Assembly (NCBI GenBank): GCA_963664885.2 | Contig: CAXXSB010000015.1 | Span: 169,427 to 233,426, forward strand | Direction: 5' to 3' | From: Sulfurimonadaceae bacterium | GTDB taxonomy: Bacteria; Campylobacterota; Campylobacteria; Campylobacterales; Sulfurimonadaceae | Length of the DNA stretch: 64,000 nucleotides | In this document: positions 1 to 9,772 of the stretch, one piece after another | Layout of the letters: every line of letters begins with the position of its first letter | How positions within the stretch are numbered: the stretch's first letter is position 1 | Translations under genes and position numbers: made by a program | The notes under the pieces: model-generated | Told to the model about the DNA's origin: nothing | The model's input: only the letters and a program-made list of their open reading frames with translations | The model's database searches: none

Positions 1-46
1 GCTCCTAAAAACAACCTTTCTAAAACGGGACAAAAATATATTTTAA

Positions 47-394
47 GTGAAGTGGTGTATGTCTAAGTACTCTTTGCAAGCCAAGATAGAGTTCATGGTT
101 GAGATGATAGAAAACATGGAAGCTATTACACAGCGTCATGGAGGCATCGTAAAAGCGTTGGAAGATTTTGAAGGTCAAATGGCTCTTTTGATGGGACTTT
201 CTCAGATTGGAGAGACACTTAAAAAACTTGACGATGCGACAATCGAGCGCTATGGTCTCCAAAAAGATAGAGACGGCGCTTACTACACAAGAAACTACAT
301 TGTTCATGATTACGAAGGTGTCGATATGGGCTTGATAGAAAATATCATACGAGAGTACCTGCCTGCACTCAAGAAAAAACTTTTAAAAATCTAA
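47..394 (+). CDS. hepT: HepT-like HEPN/DUF86 toxin of an MntA-HepT toxin-antitoxin pair
   Basis: R-x4-H HEPN motif in TRNYIVHDYEGVD, and DUF86-like size. The start is GTG at 47 or ATG at 59. Bases 1-46 read as the 3' end of an upstream ORF (stop TAA 44-46), probably the cognate MntA cut by the window edge. Confidence 0.8.
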   Translation: MKWCMSKYSLQAKIEFMVEMIENMEAITQRHGGIVKALEDFEGQMALLMGLSQIGETLKKLDDATIERYGLQKDRDGAYYTRNYIVHDYEGVDMGLIENIIREYLPALKKKLLKI

Positions 395-469
395 GATTTA
401 TTTGCTCTGAGAAACTTTCACATGCCATGGCATGTACACATCTTGCACCTGCAACATGGGTATTGTTTT

Positions 470-570
470 GTAACACGGACTTCAGTCCGCAAGTATCTCT
501 TTGTACAGGCTAAAGCCTGTGTTACGGGGTGTGATGATGCTTTTCTCACGTAACACGGACTTTAGTCCGT
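470..570. repeat. Cluster of three GTAACAC-hairpin intergenic palindromic elements
   Basis: The three units are gtaacacggacttcagtccg (470-489), acaggctaaagcctgtgttac (505-525, inverted) and gtaacacggactttagtccgt (550-570). The same architecture recurs at 36637-36694 and 42379-42431. Confidence 0.75.
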
Positions 571-631
571 ACAAAACCTCTCTAAGCTTTTACCTGCTAA
601 AATCTAACAAAAAATTTTAAAAAGAGTTTTC

Positions 632-1108
632 ATGAAAAAAATCCTATTTTCGTTTATGGCATGTACGCTTGTGTTTGGTTCTCTCCACGCCGAGGTGTAT
701 GAGGTGAGTAAAACTTCACCTCATAAGCCTCTCGTACGCGACAACGCCAAAGAGGTGGTCATTGACCCAAAAACAAAGCTGATGTGGCAAGATGATGCAA
801 GTGTAAAGAGTGTGACAAAAAACTGGCAAGGAGCCATAAAACACTGTGAGGCACTTAGCTTTGCAGGTTACGATGACTGGCGATTGCCAAAACGCTTGGA
901 GCTTTTAAGCATAACAGACAAGTCGAAAGTAAAGCCCGCCATCAAAGCGGGGTTTGTAAATGTTGTGTCCGACTTTTATTGGTCGAGTTCACCCTATGTT
1001 TCTGATGCGCACTTTGCAGGGTGCGTCTACTTCGACGACGGCGATGACTACTTCTACAGCAAGTCGAATGAGTATTATGTTCGGTGTGTGCGTGAGAGTA
1101 AACTTTGA
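632..1108 (+). CDS. Secreted DUF1566 (Lcl C-terminal-like) domain protein
   Basis: N-terminal signal peptide (MKKILFSFMACTLVFGSLHA). DUF1566 signature blocks WQDD, DDWRLP, FYWSSSP and YYVRCVR. Confidence 0.8.
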   Translation: MKKILFSFMACTLVFGSLHAEVYEVSKTSPHKPLVRDNAKEVVIDPKTKLMWQDDASVKSVTKNWQGAIKHCEALSFAGYDDWRLPKRLELLSITDKSKVKPAIKAGFVNVVSDFYWSSSPYVSDAHFAGCVYFDDGDDYFYSKSNEYYVRCVRESKL

Positions 1109-1150
1109 CACTTTATCACTTTCGTATTATACACAATGGAAGGATTTTAG

Positions 1151-2965
1151 ATGAAAAAAATAGTCATGACGGTGGTTTGGACGCTGACTCTTTTAGAGGC
1201 GCAAACTGTAGTTGATTCAACAACCAGCTTAGAGTGGCAAGACGACAAATCTGTGGCAAGTATGAAGAAAAATTGGCAGGATGCCGAGGAGTACTGTGAA
1301 AATCTCACACTTGGTGGCAAAAATGACTGGAGGCTTCCAAGCATCGAGGAGCTTCTAAATATCACGGATGATACAAAGTATAAACCTGCCATCAAAGCAG
1401 GATTTGTAAATGTCGCGTCCGACTTTTATTGGTCGAGTTCGCCCAATGTTTCCTATACAAACGCTATGTGGGGCGTCATTTTTGACAGCGGCTATGACCT
1501 CACCTACCACAAGTCGATTGAGTATTATGTTCGGTGTGTGCGTGACAGTGGTACTTTGAATTTTGATTCTTTTGCAGCACTTTATGAGAAGGTGTTAGAG
1601 GAGCTCATGCAAAATATGCCAAAACCTCCCGTGCAAACCGAGCTGAAGCGGGGGCAGTTTGAAAAGTCGAGCGATTTTGAGAAGCGTGTAGCACAGACTA
1701 AGGTAGATAATGCCAAAGCGCTTGAAAACTACAAAAAAGAGTACCAAGCCTACTTTCCAAAAGCCAAACGGGAGGCGATGCAAAAAGCACTGGAAACATT
1801 TTACGGCAAACCTATAGTGAGCGAGCTGAGTTACGATGCCGACAATGAGCTTTTTGGCGCTAAGGTAAGTTTTGAGAACAATCCTAGCGTAAAACATAAC
1901 TTGCTTATAAAGATGCCGCCGAACGAAGCGGAGGGGTTTTATCACAACTTTAAAAATATTACGCCCGTGGCACTGTTTGAGCATGATGGGCAAAGTGTGC
2001 GTTTGCAAAGCATCAAATTTAACCATGCCAAAAAAGAGTACCTAGCGCAGCTAACAGAACAGCAACTAGGTTCACAAACGCTTCAAGTGGCACAGCTCGA
2101 TGCGCTGACACCTAACATGCCAAGCGTGAGCACGAATGTCGCCATCGCTCAAAGTAAATACGCGAGTTTTGATGCGTCGCAAATGCAAAGCCGCAATGAT
2201 TTAGAGGAGCTTTTAGCCAAGGCAAAAGCTGCGCCAAAAGATAACAAAAAATGGCTCTTTGTTTTAGGCTTGGAGAAATACAAATACACTGACGATATCG
2301 CCTTTGCAACCCGAAGTGCACAGATGTTTGCCAAAGTGGCACAAAAAACTCTGGGCGTGCCTGAGCAAAACAGCTTTGTGGTGATGAACGAAGATGCCAC
2401 CGCGCAAGAGATAAAAACAAAGATGAAACTGATGCTGCGCCGCGTCAAAGCGGGTGACACCATCTACTTCTACTATAACGGACACGGCGTACCTGCGGTA
2501 GACAAAGCAAACGAGCCTTTTATACTCAGCAGCGACATGATGCCCGACTTTGTAAGTGATGAGAGCGCTTTCATGATGAAAAACATCTATAAAGAGCTAA
2601 GTGACTCACAAGCCGCGCATGTTGTAGCGTTTGTCGATAGCTGTTTTAGCGGAAGCACTGATGGCAAGTCGGTACAAAAAGGGGTGGCGGCAACGCGCAT
2701 CAAACCAAAAAACATAGAGTTTGACAAAACAAAAATGGTGGTGCTTAGTGCGGGAAAAGACACCCAGTACTCAAGCGCCTACACCCAAAAAGCGCATAGA
2801 ATGTTTAGCTTTTTCGTGATGCAAGAGCTTTTAAAGGGTGAGAGAAATATCCAAGAGCTTTATGGCAAGGTGTATAAACAAACCAAAGAGACCACAAGGG
2901 AAAACTACGGCGATATGCGCCTGCAAGAACCAACCCTTGATGGTAACGGGAAGATAGAGTTATGA
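1151..2965 (+). CDS. Secreted DUF1566-caspase (peptidase C14-like) fusion protein
   Basis: Signal-like N-terminus. The DUF1566 block is paralogous to 632..1108 and includes near-identical nucleotide stretches. The C-terminal His/Cys dyad contexts are FYYNGHG and FVDSCFSGS. Confidence 0.8.
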   Translation: MKKIVMTVVWTLTLLEAQTVVDSTTSLEWQDDKSVASMKKNWQDAEEYCENLTLGGKNDWRLPSIEELLNITDDTKYKPAIKAGFVNVASDFYWSSSPNVSYTNAMWGVIFDSGYDLTYHKSIEYYVRCVRDSGTLNFDSFAALYEKVLEELMQNMPKPPVQTELKRGQFEKSSDFEKRVAQTKVDNAKALENYKKEYQAYFPKAKREAMQKALETFYGKPIVSELSYDADNELFGAKVSFENNPSVKHNLLIKMPPNEAEGFYHNFKNITPVALFEHDGQSVRLQSIKFNHAKKEYLAQLTEQQLGSQTLQVAQLDALTPNMPSVSTNVAIAQSKYASFDASQMQSRNDLEELLAKAKAAPKDNKKWLFVLGLEKYKYTDDIAFATRSAQMFAKVAQKTLGVPEQNSFVVMNEDATAQEIKTKMKLMLRRVKAGDTIYFYYNGHGVPAVDKANEPFILSSDMMPDFVSDESAFMMKNIYKELSDSQAAHVVAFVDSCFSGSTDGKSVQKGVAATRIKPKNIEFDKTKMVVLSAGKDTQYSSAYTQKAHRMFSFFVMQELLKGERNIQELYGKVYKQTKETTRENYGDMRLQEPTLDGNGKIEL

Positions 2966-3972
2966 AAATCATACAATCTTTACTTCTCACTCTCACGGCA
3001 TTCGTATTCATGGCATGTAGCCCTGATGCCAAGCCGCCGCATGCCATAAAACCGCCGCTTTGGTATGGCGATGAGAGCGCTTTGGCTCTTAACTCTTACG
3101 AGGTTGTGGGGTTTGGCGAGGGGAACAGCTTGGCAGAGGCGCTATCACATGCCAAAGAGATGATCGCCCAAAAACTTCAAAGCCGCGTCGAATCGAGTTT
3201 TGAGAGTGTGAGCACGAATGAAGCGATCATAAGCAAAGCAAAGCTCAAAGTCACAAGCGCGCTCACCCTCGATGCACTTCAAACCCTCAAGCAAGAACCT
3301 GCAAACAACCTCTTTTACGTAGCGCTGAGCTATAAAAATCTTGATTTTGCCCAGCGTGTCAAAGAGCAACTCGGTGCCATGGCATGTGAGGATGCGCCTC
3401 AAAACCCTTACCTAGCGCAAACGCCCCTTTTTAAAAAGCTCAACGACGCTTTGGGGTGCAAAAAAGATTTCCGCCTGATACGCCAAAACAAAGCGTGGTA
3501 TCTCAAACTCGATACCCATCTGTTTTTACTGGGCGATGGGGAGTTTGAGGAGCTTTTTGTTACGACGAAAAACGGAGCATTGCAGTTTATCGCTTCAAAG
3601 CAGTTGCTCCAAGAGGGGGAGAGCTTTCACTTTGTGGCGAGTGCAAACGAAGCGGGGTATGTCACCCTCTTAGATATGTATGAGAGCGGCGTCGTAACCC
3701 TGTTACAGCCTTCTGTAAAACTGGAAAAAACCCTCCGCATCCCCTCGGTAGAGAGCGCGTACGAGTTTGAAGCGGGCGTACTTGAAGCGGGGCGTGATTC
3801 GCATGATCTTTATGTCGCGTTTTTTACGGATGAACCGCTTGATATGAGCCGTTTCACCTACGCAAACGAAGATTTTGCAAGCGATGAAAACGCGTATAAA
3901 TTTGATGAGCTTTTGGAGTTGATGCAGCGATATACACATGCTACCCTCTTGCTGAGAACAGAGGCGAAGTAG
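2962..3972 (+). CDS. Lipoprotein with a DUF4384-like C-terminal domain
   Basis: Lipobox FMAC at residues 16-19. ATGA overlap with the caspase gene stop. GYVTLLDMYESGVVTLLQP resembles DUF4384, a domain that often accompanies bacterial caspase-like proteins. Confidence 0.65.
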   Translation: MKIIQSLLLTLTAFVFMACSPDAKPPHAIKPPLWYGDESALALNSYEVVGFGEGNSLAEALSHAKEMIAQKLQSRVESSFESVSTNEAIISKAKLKVTSALTLDALQTLKQEPANNLFYVALSYKNLDFAQRVKEQLGAMACEDAPQNPYLAQTPLFKKLNDALGCKKDFRLIRQNKAWYLKLDTHLFLLGDGEFEELFVTTKNGALQFIASKQLLQEGESFHFVASANEAGYVTLLDMYESGVVTLLQPSVKLEKTLRIPSVESAYEFEAGVLEAGRDSHDLYVAFFTDEPLDMSRFTYANEDFASDENAYKFDELLELMQRYTHATLLLRTEAK

Positions 3973-4115
3973 GGCAGATATTTACAAAGGTAAATAACAT
4001 TGCTCAGGCAGATTGTTCTTCCGTGAACAACGGCGTCGCAGCGCTTCACCGTACCCTTTGGCATGTACGACTTTATGGTGTAAATGCGCTACAATATCGA
4101 AAGCTTAAATAAAGG

Positions 4116-4331
4116 ATGCCCATGCAAACGATTCATATAGAGGTACAAGATACCTACGCAAAAAAAGTTTTGGCTTTGCTTGAGAGCTTACGCGGTGTTA
4201 TGCTTGAAGATATCAAAATAGAAAAAAAACCGTTGAAGCAAGATACTCCCCACGAACTTATAGAAGCGCAACAAAATGTTATGCAATCTACATGGGACAA
4301 TGAACAAGATAAGGCATGGGATGCATTATAA
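4116..4331 (+). CDS. Putative antitoxin of the downstream MazF/PemK-like toxin
   Basis: A 71-aa ORF that overlaps the toxin start by 11 nt. The call rests on position and size, and no family was recognised. Confidence 0.55.
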   Translation: MPMQTIHIEVQDTYAKKVLALLESLRGVMLEDIKIEKKPLKQDTPHELIEAQQNVMQSTWDNEQDKAWDAL

Positions 4332-4647
4332 AAGCGGTGATATTTTACTGATACGGTTCCCTTTTACCGATTTGACGCAAGTCAAAAAAAGACCCGTATT
4401 AGTCATTAAAAGCGATAACGAGTTAGGTGATATCGTTTGTTTTCAGATTACTTCCCAGCCACATGCCAAGAATACTTTGGCGCTTGAAAACGGTTCTTTC
4501 AAAAGCGGAGAACTCAAGCTAAAATCTTTTGTCAAATATGATAAATGTTTTACCCTCAATACTGCCATCGTAGAGAAAAAGTTGGCGACCGTAACGATGG
4601 ATTTTATGGCTAAAACTAAAGAACTTTTTTGTAACGAAAACTTTTAG
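4321..4647 (+). CDS. MazF/PemK-family type II toxin (mRNA interferase-like)
   Basis: N-terminal GDILLIRFPFTDLTQVKKRPVLVI is typical of PemK/MazF. The start was moved to the internal ATG (MHYKSG) of ORF 4276..4647. Confidence 0.75.
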   Translation: MHYKSGDILLIRFPFTDLTQVKKRPVLVIKSDNELGDIVCFQITSQPHAKNTLALENGSFKSGELKLKSFVKYDKCFTLNTAIVEKKLATVTMDFMAKTKELFCNENF

Positions 4648-4694
4648 AGGGTTTTAGAGAACAAAAAAGGTTTGATTGCGGGCTAAAGCCCGCC

Positions 4695-5204
4695 TTACGC
4701 CTCGTGTTTGAGTGCTTTTTTGCTAAACTCTACCGAGCAGAAAAAGAGGGTGACGAAGAGGGGGTTGATGGTTGCGCGGTTGGCTTCAAAATCGATCGTC
4801 TCAAATATATGAAGTTTTAGCTCATCGCCGTGTGCGGTATTTTTGGGTTTGATCGTAAACTCCACGGGTGCTAGGGTTTTGATCATCCCGATCACTCTTT
4901 TTTTCTTCTTTTCGCTGGTAAGATCAAGCAGGTTAAAGTCGTAGTTATCCGCGCTTTTGTGGAGTGAGAGTACCTCTTCGAGGGCTAAGAATTTGTCTTT
5001 AAAGATAATTTTGTTCCATGAAAGTATGGCATGTTCACTTGTAAGCGTGCATTTGGATGAGGTGAGCGGCGTGGGTTTGTTTTGGCGGATCGTTTCGATG
5101 AGTCCCAAAAGAAAGTTTGCGCCCCCGAGTGTTTGCGCGGCTTGTTTGATTATACTGCTTAGAAGCGCTTTTGCCGCGTCGTTTTGGAGGTTGAAATTGC
5201 ACAT
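4695..5204 (-). CDS. Hypothetical protein
   Basis: A 169-aa ORF with AAAGG about 8 nt upstream of its ATG. No recognisable motif. Confidence 0.45.
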   Translation of the reverse strand: MCNFNLQNDAAKALLSSIIKQAAQTLGGANFLLGLIETIRQNKPTPLTSSKCTLTSEHAILSWNKIIFKDKFLALEEVLSLHKSADNYDFNLLDLTSEKKKKRVIGMIKTLAPVEFTIKPKNTAHGDELKLHIFETIDFEANRATINPLFVTLFFCSVEFSKKALKHEA

Positions 5205-5382
5205 AAAGTACCTTTGTGTTTTAGATGTGCAATTATAACTTCTTTGAATCTTAAAACAAATAGAGTGTCAGTTTCATTTAAGCATATCGTAATATCAAAG
5301 GTACTATTATCACGTCACTAAAACAAGACAAAAAGTGTCTTATTTAAAATCGGAGGGGTAAAACCCTCTTTAAAAAAGGTAA

Positions 5383-6606
<1,224 letters not shown>

Positions 6607-6627
6607 GGTAAAGTGATGTGTGATGAG

Positions 6628-6648
6628 ATTCCGTGTCAAGCACGGAAT
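6628..6648. repeat. Small hairpin element attccgtg-tcaag-cacggaat
   Basis: Perfect 8-bp stem in the nifS-nifU spacer. The architecture resembles the TTCCCACGC REP family. Confidence 0.5.
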
Positions 6649-6745
6649 GACAGAAATTTGGCATTGTAAATCTACCGAGTTTCGTCACCATGAACCTTAA
6701 AGAAACATCGTAGTGCTTGCGCTTCGCTTGTTTTGAATCGGGTTG

Positions 6746-6775
6746 TCGTCACCCTGAACTCGATTCAGGGTCTAG
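6746..6775. repeat. 30-nt intergenic repeat tcgtcaccctgaactcgattcagggtctag (copy 1)
   Basis: Identical 30-mer at 19254-19283. It contains the hairpin accctgaa-ctcga-ttcagggt. A partial copy (agtttcgtcaccatgaacc) sits at about 6677-6695. Confidence 0.8.
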
Positions 6776-6820
6776 TTTTTATAAGAATTTATAAAATTGA
6801 AATAAATTAAAGGAAAAGAA

Positions 6821-7795
6821 ATGGCAAAGAATGACTTATTGGGCGCTTCTTTATGGGATGCCTATTCAAATAAAGTAACGACTTTGATGAACAACCCAAA
6901 ACACCAAGGGGAGATCACCGAAGAGGAAGCTTCAGCACACGGCAACAAGCTTATCGTAGCGGATTTCGGTGCGGAGAGCTGCGGGGATGCGGTGCGCCTT
7001 TACTGGGAGATCGATCCAAAAACGGACGTTATCGTTAACTCCAAATTTAAAAGTTTCGGATGCGGTACGGCGATCGCCTCAAGTGATGTTATGACGGAGC
7101 TTTGTATCGGAAAAACGGTTGATGAAGCGGTGAAGATCACTAACATCGACGTAGAGTTTGCGCTTCGCGACGATCCGGAAACTCCTGCCGTGCCGCCGCA
7201 AAAAATGCACTGTTCGGTTATGGCGTACGACGTTATCAAAAAAGCGGCGGGACTCTACAAAGGGGTTGACCCTGAGAGTTTTGAAGAGGAGATCATCGTG
7301 TGTGAATGTGCGCGCGTGAGCCTCGGAACGCTTCGCGAGGTTATTAAACTAAACGACCTTAAAACCGTAGAGCAGATCACCGACTACACCAAAGCGGGCG
7401 GCTTTTGTAAAAGCTGTATTAAACCCGGCGGGCATGAAGCGCGCGAGTGGTATTTGGTAGATATTTTGCGTGATACGCGCCGCGAAATGGATGAAGAGAA
7501 GATGAAAAAAGCCGCAGAAGCGGGTGCGGCGGGCAACTTTGAAGAGATGACGCTTGTACAAAAGATCAAAGCGGTTGATGCGATCATTGATGAAAACATC
7601 CGTCAATTCCTTATCATGGACGGCGGAAACATGGAGATTATCGACATCAAAACGAACGACGACTACATCGATATTTATATCCGCTATCTAGGTGCGTGCA
7701 GCGGTTGTGCAAGCTCCTCTACGGGAACTCTTTATGCGATCGAAGCGACCCTCAAAGAGAAACTCTCGAACAAAATCCGCGTATTGCCTATCTAA
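6821..7795 (+). CDS. nifU: Fe-S cluster scaffold protein NifU
   Basis: Three-domain NifU: an N-terminal IscU-like domain (GAESCGD, GCGTAIAS), a central Cys-rich region (CECA, CKSC) and a C-terminal Nfu domain (GACSGC). Confidence 0.95.
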   Translation: MAKNDLLGASLWDAYSNKVTTLMNNPKHQGEITEEEASAHGNKLIVADFGAESCGDAVRLYWEIDPKTDVIVNSKFKSFGCGTAIASSDVMTELCIGKTVDEAVKITNIDVEFALRDDPETPAVPPQKMHCSVMAYDVIKKAAGLYKGVDPESFEEEIIVCECARVSLGTLREVIKLNDLKTVEQITDYTKAGGFCKSCIKPGGHEAREWYLVDILRDTRREMDEEKMKKAAEAGAAGNFEEMTLVQKIKAVDAIIDENIRQFLIMDGGNMEIIDIKTNDDYIDIYIRYLGACSGCASSSTGTLYAIEATLKEKLSNKIRVLPI

Positions 7796-7801
7796 ATTTT
7801 C

Positions 7802-7832
7802 TTTTCACATGCCAAAGCTTGGCATGTGAAAA
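7802..7832. repeat. Perfect palindrome ttttcacatgccaa-agc-ttggcatgtgaaaa, built from two inverted copies of the abundant 8-mer
   Basis: 14-bp stem with a 3-nt loop, read directly from the sequence. No T-tract follows it on either strand. Confidence 0.85.
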
Positions 7833-7890
7833 TCCTCCGCAAATCCTCAAAAAAACTGCTAAAATGGCACACTTTATTTGAGGCAGGAAA

Positions 7891-8514
7891 ATGTCTTACG
7901 AACCCCTTTATTCACGTATTGCCGACGCTTTGGTCGCGGACGGTTACATCGTGTTGCCCCATGCCGTAAATCCTGAACTTTCCGCGAATCTTTTAACACT
8001 GGCAAAAAAATCGAAACGATTTAAACGCGCGGGGATCTCGACGCTTAAAAAGATTGTCTCCCAAAAGCGTCGCGACAAAATCTCGTGGCTTGATCGCGAC
8101 GGCGGGACGCAAAGCGAATTTTTAGATTTTACCGAGGGTTTGCGGCTCTATTTAAACCGCGAACTCTTTTTGGGGCTTAGTTATTTCGAGGCGCATTTTG
8201 CGTTGTACGAAAAAGGGGATTTTTACGAAACCCATTTCGATGCGTTTAAAAACTCTAAAAACCGCGTCGTGACGGTGGTGTATTATCTCAATGAAGAGTG
8301 GAAAGAGAGTGACGGCGGGGAGCTTGTACTCTACGATGAAGCGCAAAATTTCATCGCAAAAGTGCCCCCTTGTGCCGATACGCTGGCGGTATTTTTGAGC
8401 GAAAAATTTCCCCACGAGGTGCTTGTCGCACATGCCAAGCGCTACTCGATAGCGGGATGGTTCCGCGTCGATATCCGCGAGGGTGTGCCGCTGCCTTTAG
8501 AGAGTTTGGCTTAG
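7891..8514 (+). CDS. 2OG-Fe(II) oxygenase family protein (prolyl-hydroxylase-like)
   Basis: HFD (HxD) metal motif, GGELVLY, distal His in FPHEV, and RYSIAGWF at the C-terminus. Confidence 0.8.
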   Translation: MSYEPLYSRIADALVADGYIVLPHAVNPELSANLLTLAKKSKRFKRAGISTLKKIVSQKRRDKISWLDRDGGTQSEFLDFTEGLRLYLNRELFLGLSYFEAHFALYEKGDFYETHFDAFKNSKNRVVTVVYYLNEEWKESDGGELVLYDEAQNFIAKVPPCADTLAVFLSEKFPHEVLVAHAKRYSIAGWFRVDIREGVPLPLESLA

Positions 8515-8747
8515 TCTTTCTTTGGCATGTGGGTAAACCCCACAAAGCACGTCCAAAGGTGGGGGCTTGATTTCTCGCAGGTGCATCCCACGTTCAGCTC
8601 GACGATATCGTAGTTTGCTTTAGCTTTGTTTTTTGCCTCTTGGCATGCGTCGCGCTGCTCTTGCGCGCTGGCACGCTCAAGTCCCTCTTGAGGAAGTTCT
8701 TCGGCAAAACCGAGGGTGATAAGTATAAATAAAAGAAGTGTTTTCAT
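8511..8747 (-). CDS. Small secreted Cys-containing protein, function unknown
   Basis: Signal peptide MKTLLLFILITLGFA. 78 aa with four Cys. Confidence 0.5.
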   Translation of the reverse strand: MKTLLLFILITLGFAEELPQEGLERASAQEQRDACQEAKNKAKANYDIVELNVGCTCEKSSPHLWTCFVGFTHMPKKD

Positions 8748-8785
8748 GGCGGTGATTTTACAAAAATACGGCTATAATCCTCCTT

Positions 8786-9661
8786 ATGAAAACGATCCAT
8801 CCGCTTGAGCTCGGCGCTACCCTCTTTGTTCCCGCTACCCATAAAGATATAGAAAAAATACTAGGCGGCGAGAAATATCCGCACCTAAAAAGCGTGGTTC
8901 TCGATACCGAAGATGCTCTTTTGCCCTCGCAAACATCGCAAGCGGTTGCGCGCATAGAAGCGGTTTTGGCAGGGCTGCAACAAAAAAGCCCTTTTATTTT
9001 TTTACGCCCTCGCAACCCGGAGGTGCTTCAAAAGTTCTTGGCATGTAAGGATATTCAAAAAATAGACGGGTTTGTTCTGCCGAAATTCTCCCTTGCAAAC
9101 GGTGCCGTTTATCTTGAGATGCTCAAAGAGACGCCGTTTTGTTTTATGCCCTCGATCGAAGGGGAGGAGCTTTTTGCACATGCCAAGCTTGAAGCCCTTA
9201 AGGAGATGTTGCTGCCTTACAAAGAGCGGATCCCTTCGGTGCGTTTTGGTTTGGAGGATCTGCTTAAAATGCTCGGGATGCGGCGCGGTTGCGATGAGAG
9301 CGTATTTGATCGCAGTGCGCCTGCGGCGGTGCTGGGGCATTTTATCGCGCTGTTTAAGAGTGCGGGTTTTAACGTAAGCGGCGGGGTTTTTCCCTGTTTT
9401 AGGGACGATGCGGCTTTTGTGCGCGACGTAGAGCGGGATCTGCGCGAGGGGTTGTTTTCCAAAACGATTATCCATCCGCGTCAGATCGCTTTGGCGCATG
9501 AATGTTACAAGGTCACACCGAGCGATTTTGAAGAGGCGCTGCAATTATGCCAAAGCAGCGAAGCGGTGTTTGCACTGGGCGGAAAAATGGCAGAAAGCGT
9601 GACGATGCAGGCATGGGCGCAAACGATCGTGATGCGCGCCGAAATCTACGGTGTAAGTTAA
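8786..9661 (+). CDS. HpcH/HpaI aldolase / citrate-lyase beta (CitE)-like protein
   Basis: TLFVPATH and VVLDTEDAL blocks are typical of the CitE/HpcH family. Confidence 0.65.
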   Translation: MKTIHPLELGATLFVPATHKDIEKILGGEKYPHLKSVVLDTEDALLPSQTSQAVARIEAVLAGLQQKSPFIFLRPRNPEVLQKFLACKDIQKIDGFVLPKFSLANGAVYLEMLKETPFCFMPSIEGEELFAHAKLEALKEMLLPYKERIPSVRFGLEDLLKMLGMRRGCDESVFDRSAPAAVLGHFIALFKSAGFNVSGGVFPCFRDDAAFVRDVERDLREGLFSKTIIHPRQIALAHECYKVTPSDFEEALQLCQSSEAVFALGGKMAESVTMQAWAQTIVMRAEIYGVS

Positions 9662-9772
9662 TTAAAACTTATAAAAAAAACGATGATTTTATTCCGTTTA
9701 AAGCAAAAAAAATGAGAATTGCACTACAATATCTTCACGAATTGCAACATTGTGATACGACGAGGAGAACTT

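Noticed and set aside
1-46. Partial ORF ending TAA at 44-46, probably the 3' end of an MntA antitoxin gene.
   Set aside because: Only 15 codons are visible, so identity rests on context alone. It is mentioned under hepT rather than listed as a feature.
7802-7832. Perfect hairpins at 7802-7832 and 44216-44252 considered as Rho-independent terminators.
   Set aside because: Neither is followed by a T-tract on either transcribed strand. They are better explained as inverted pairs of the abundant 8-mer.
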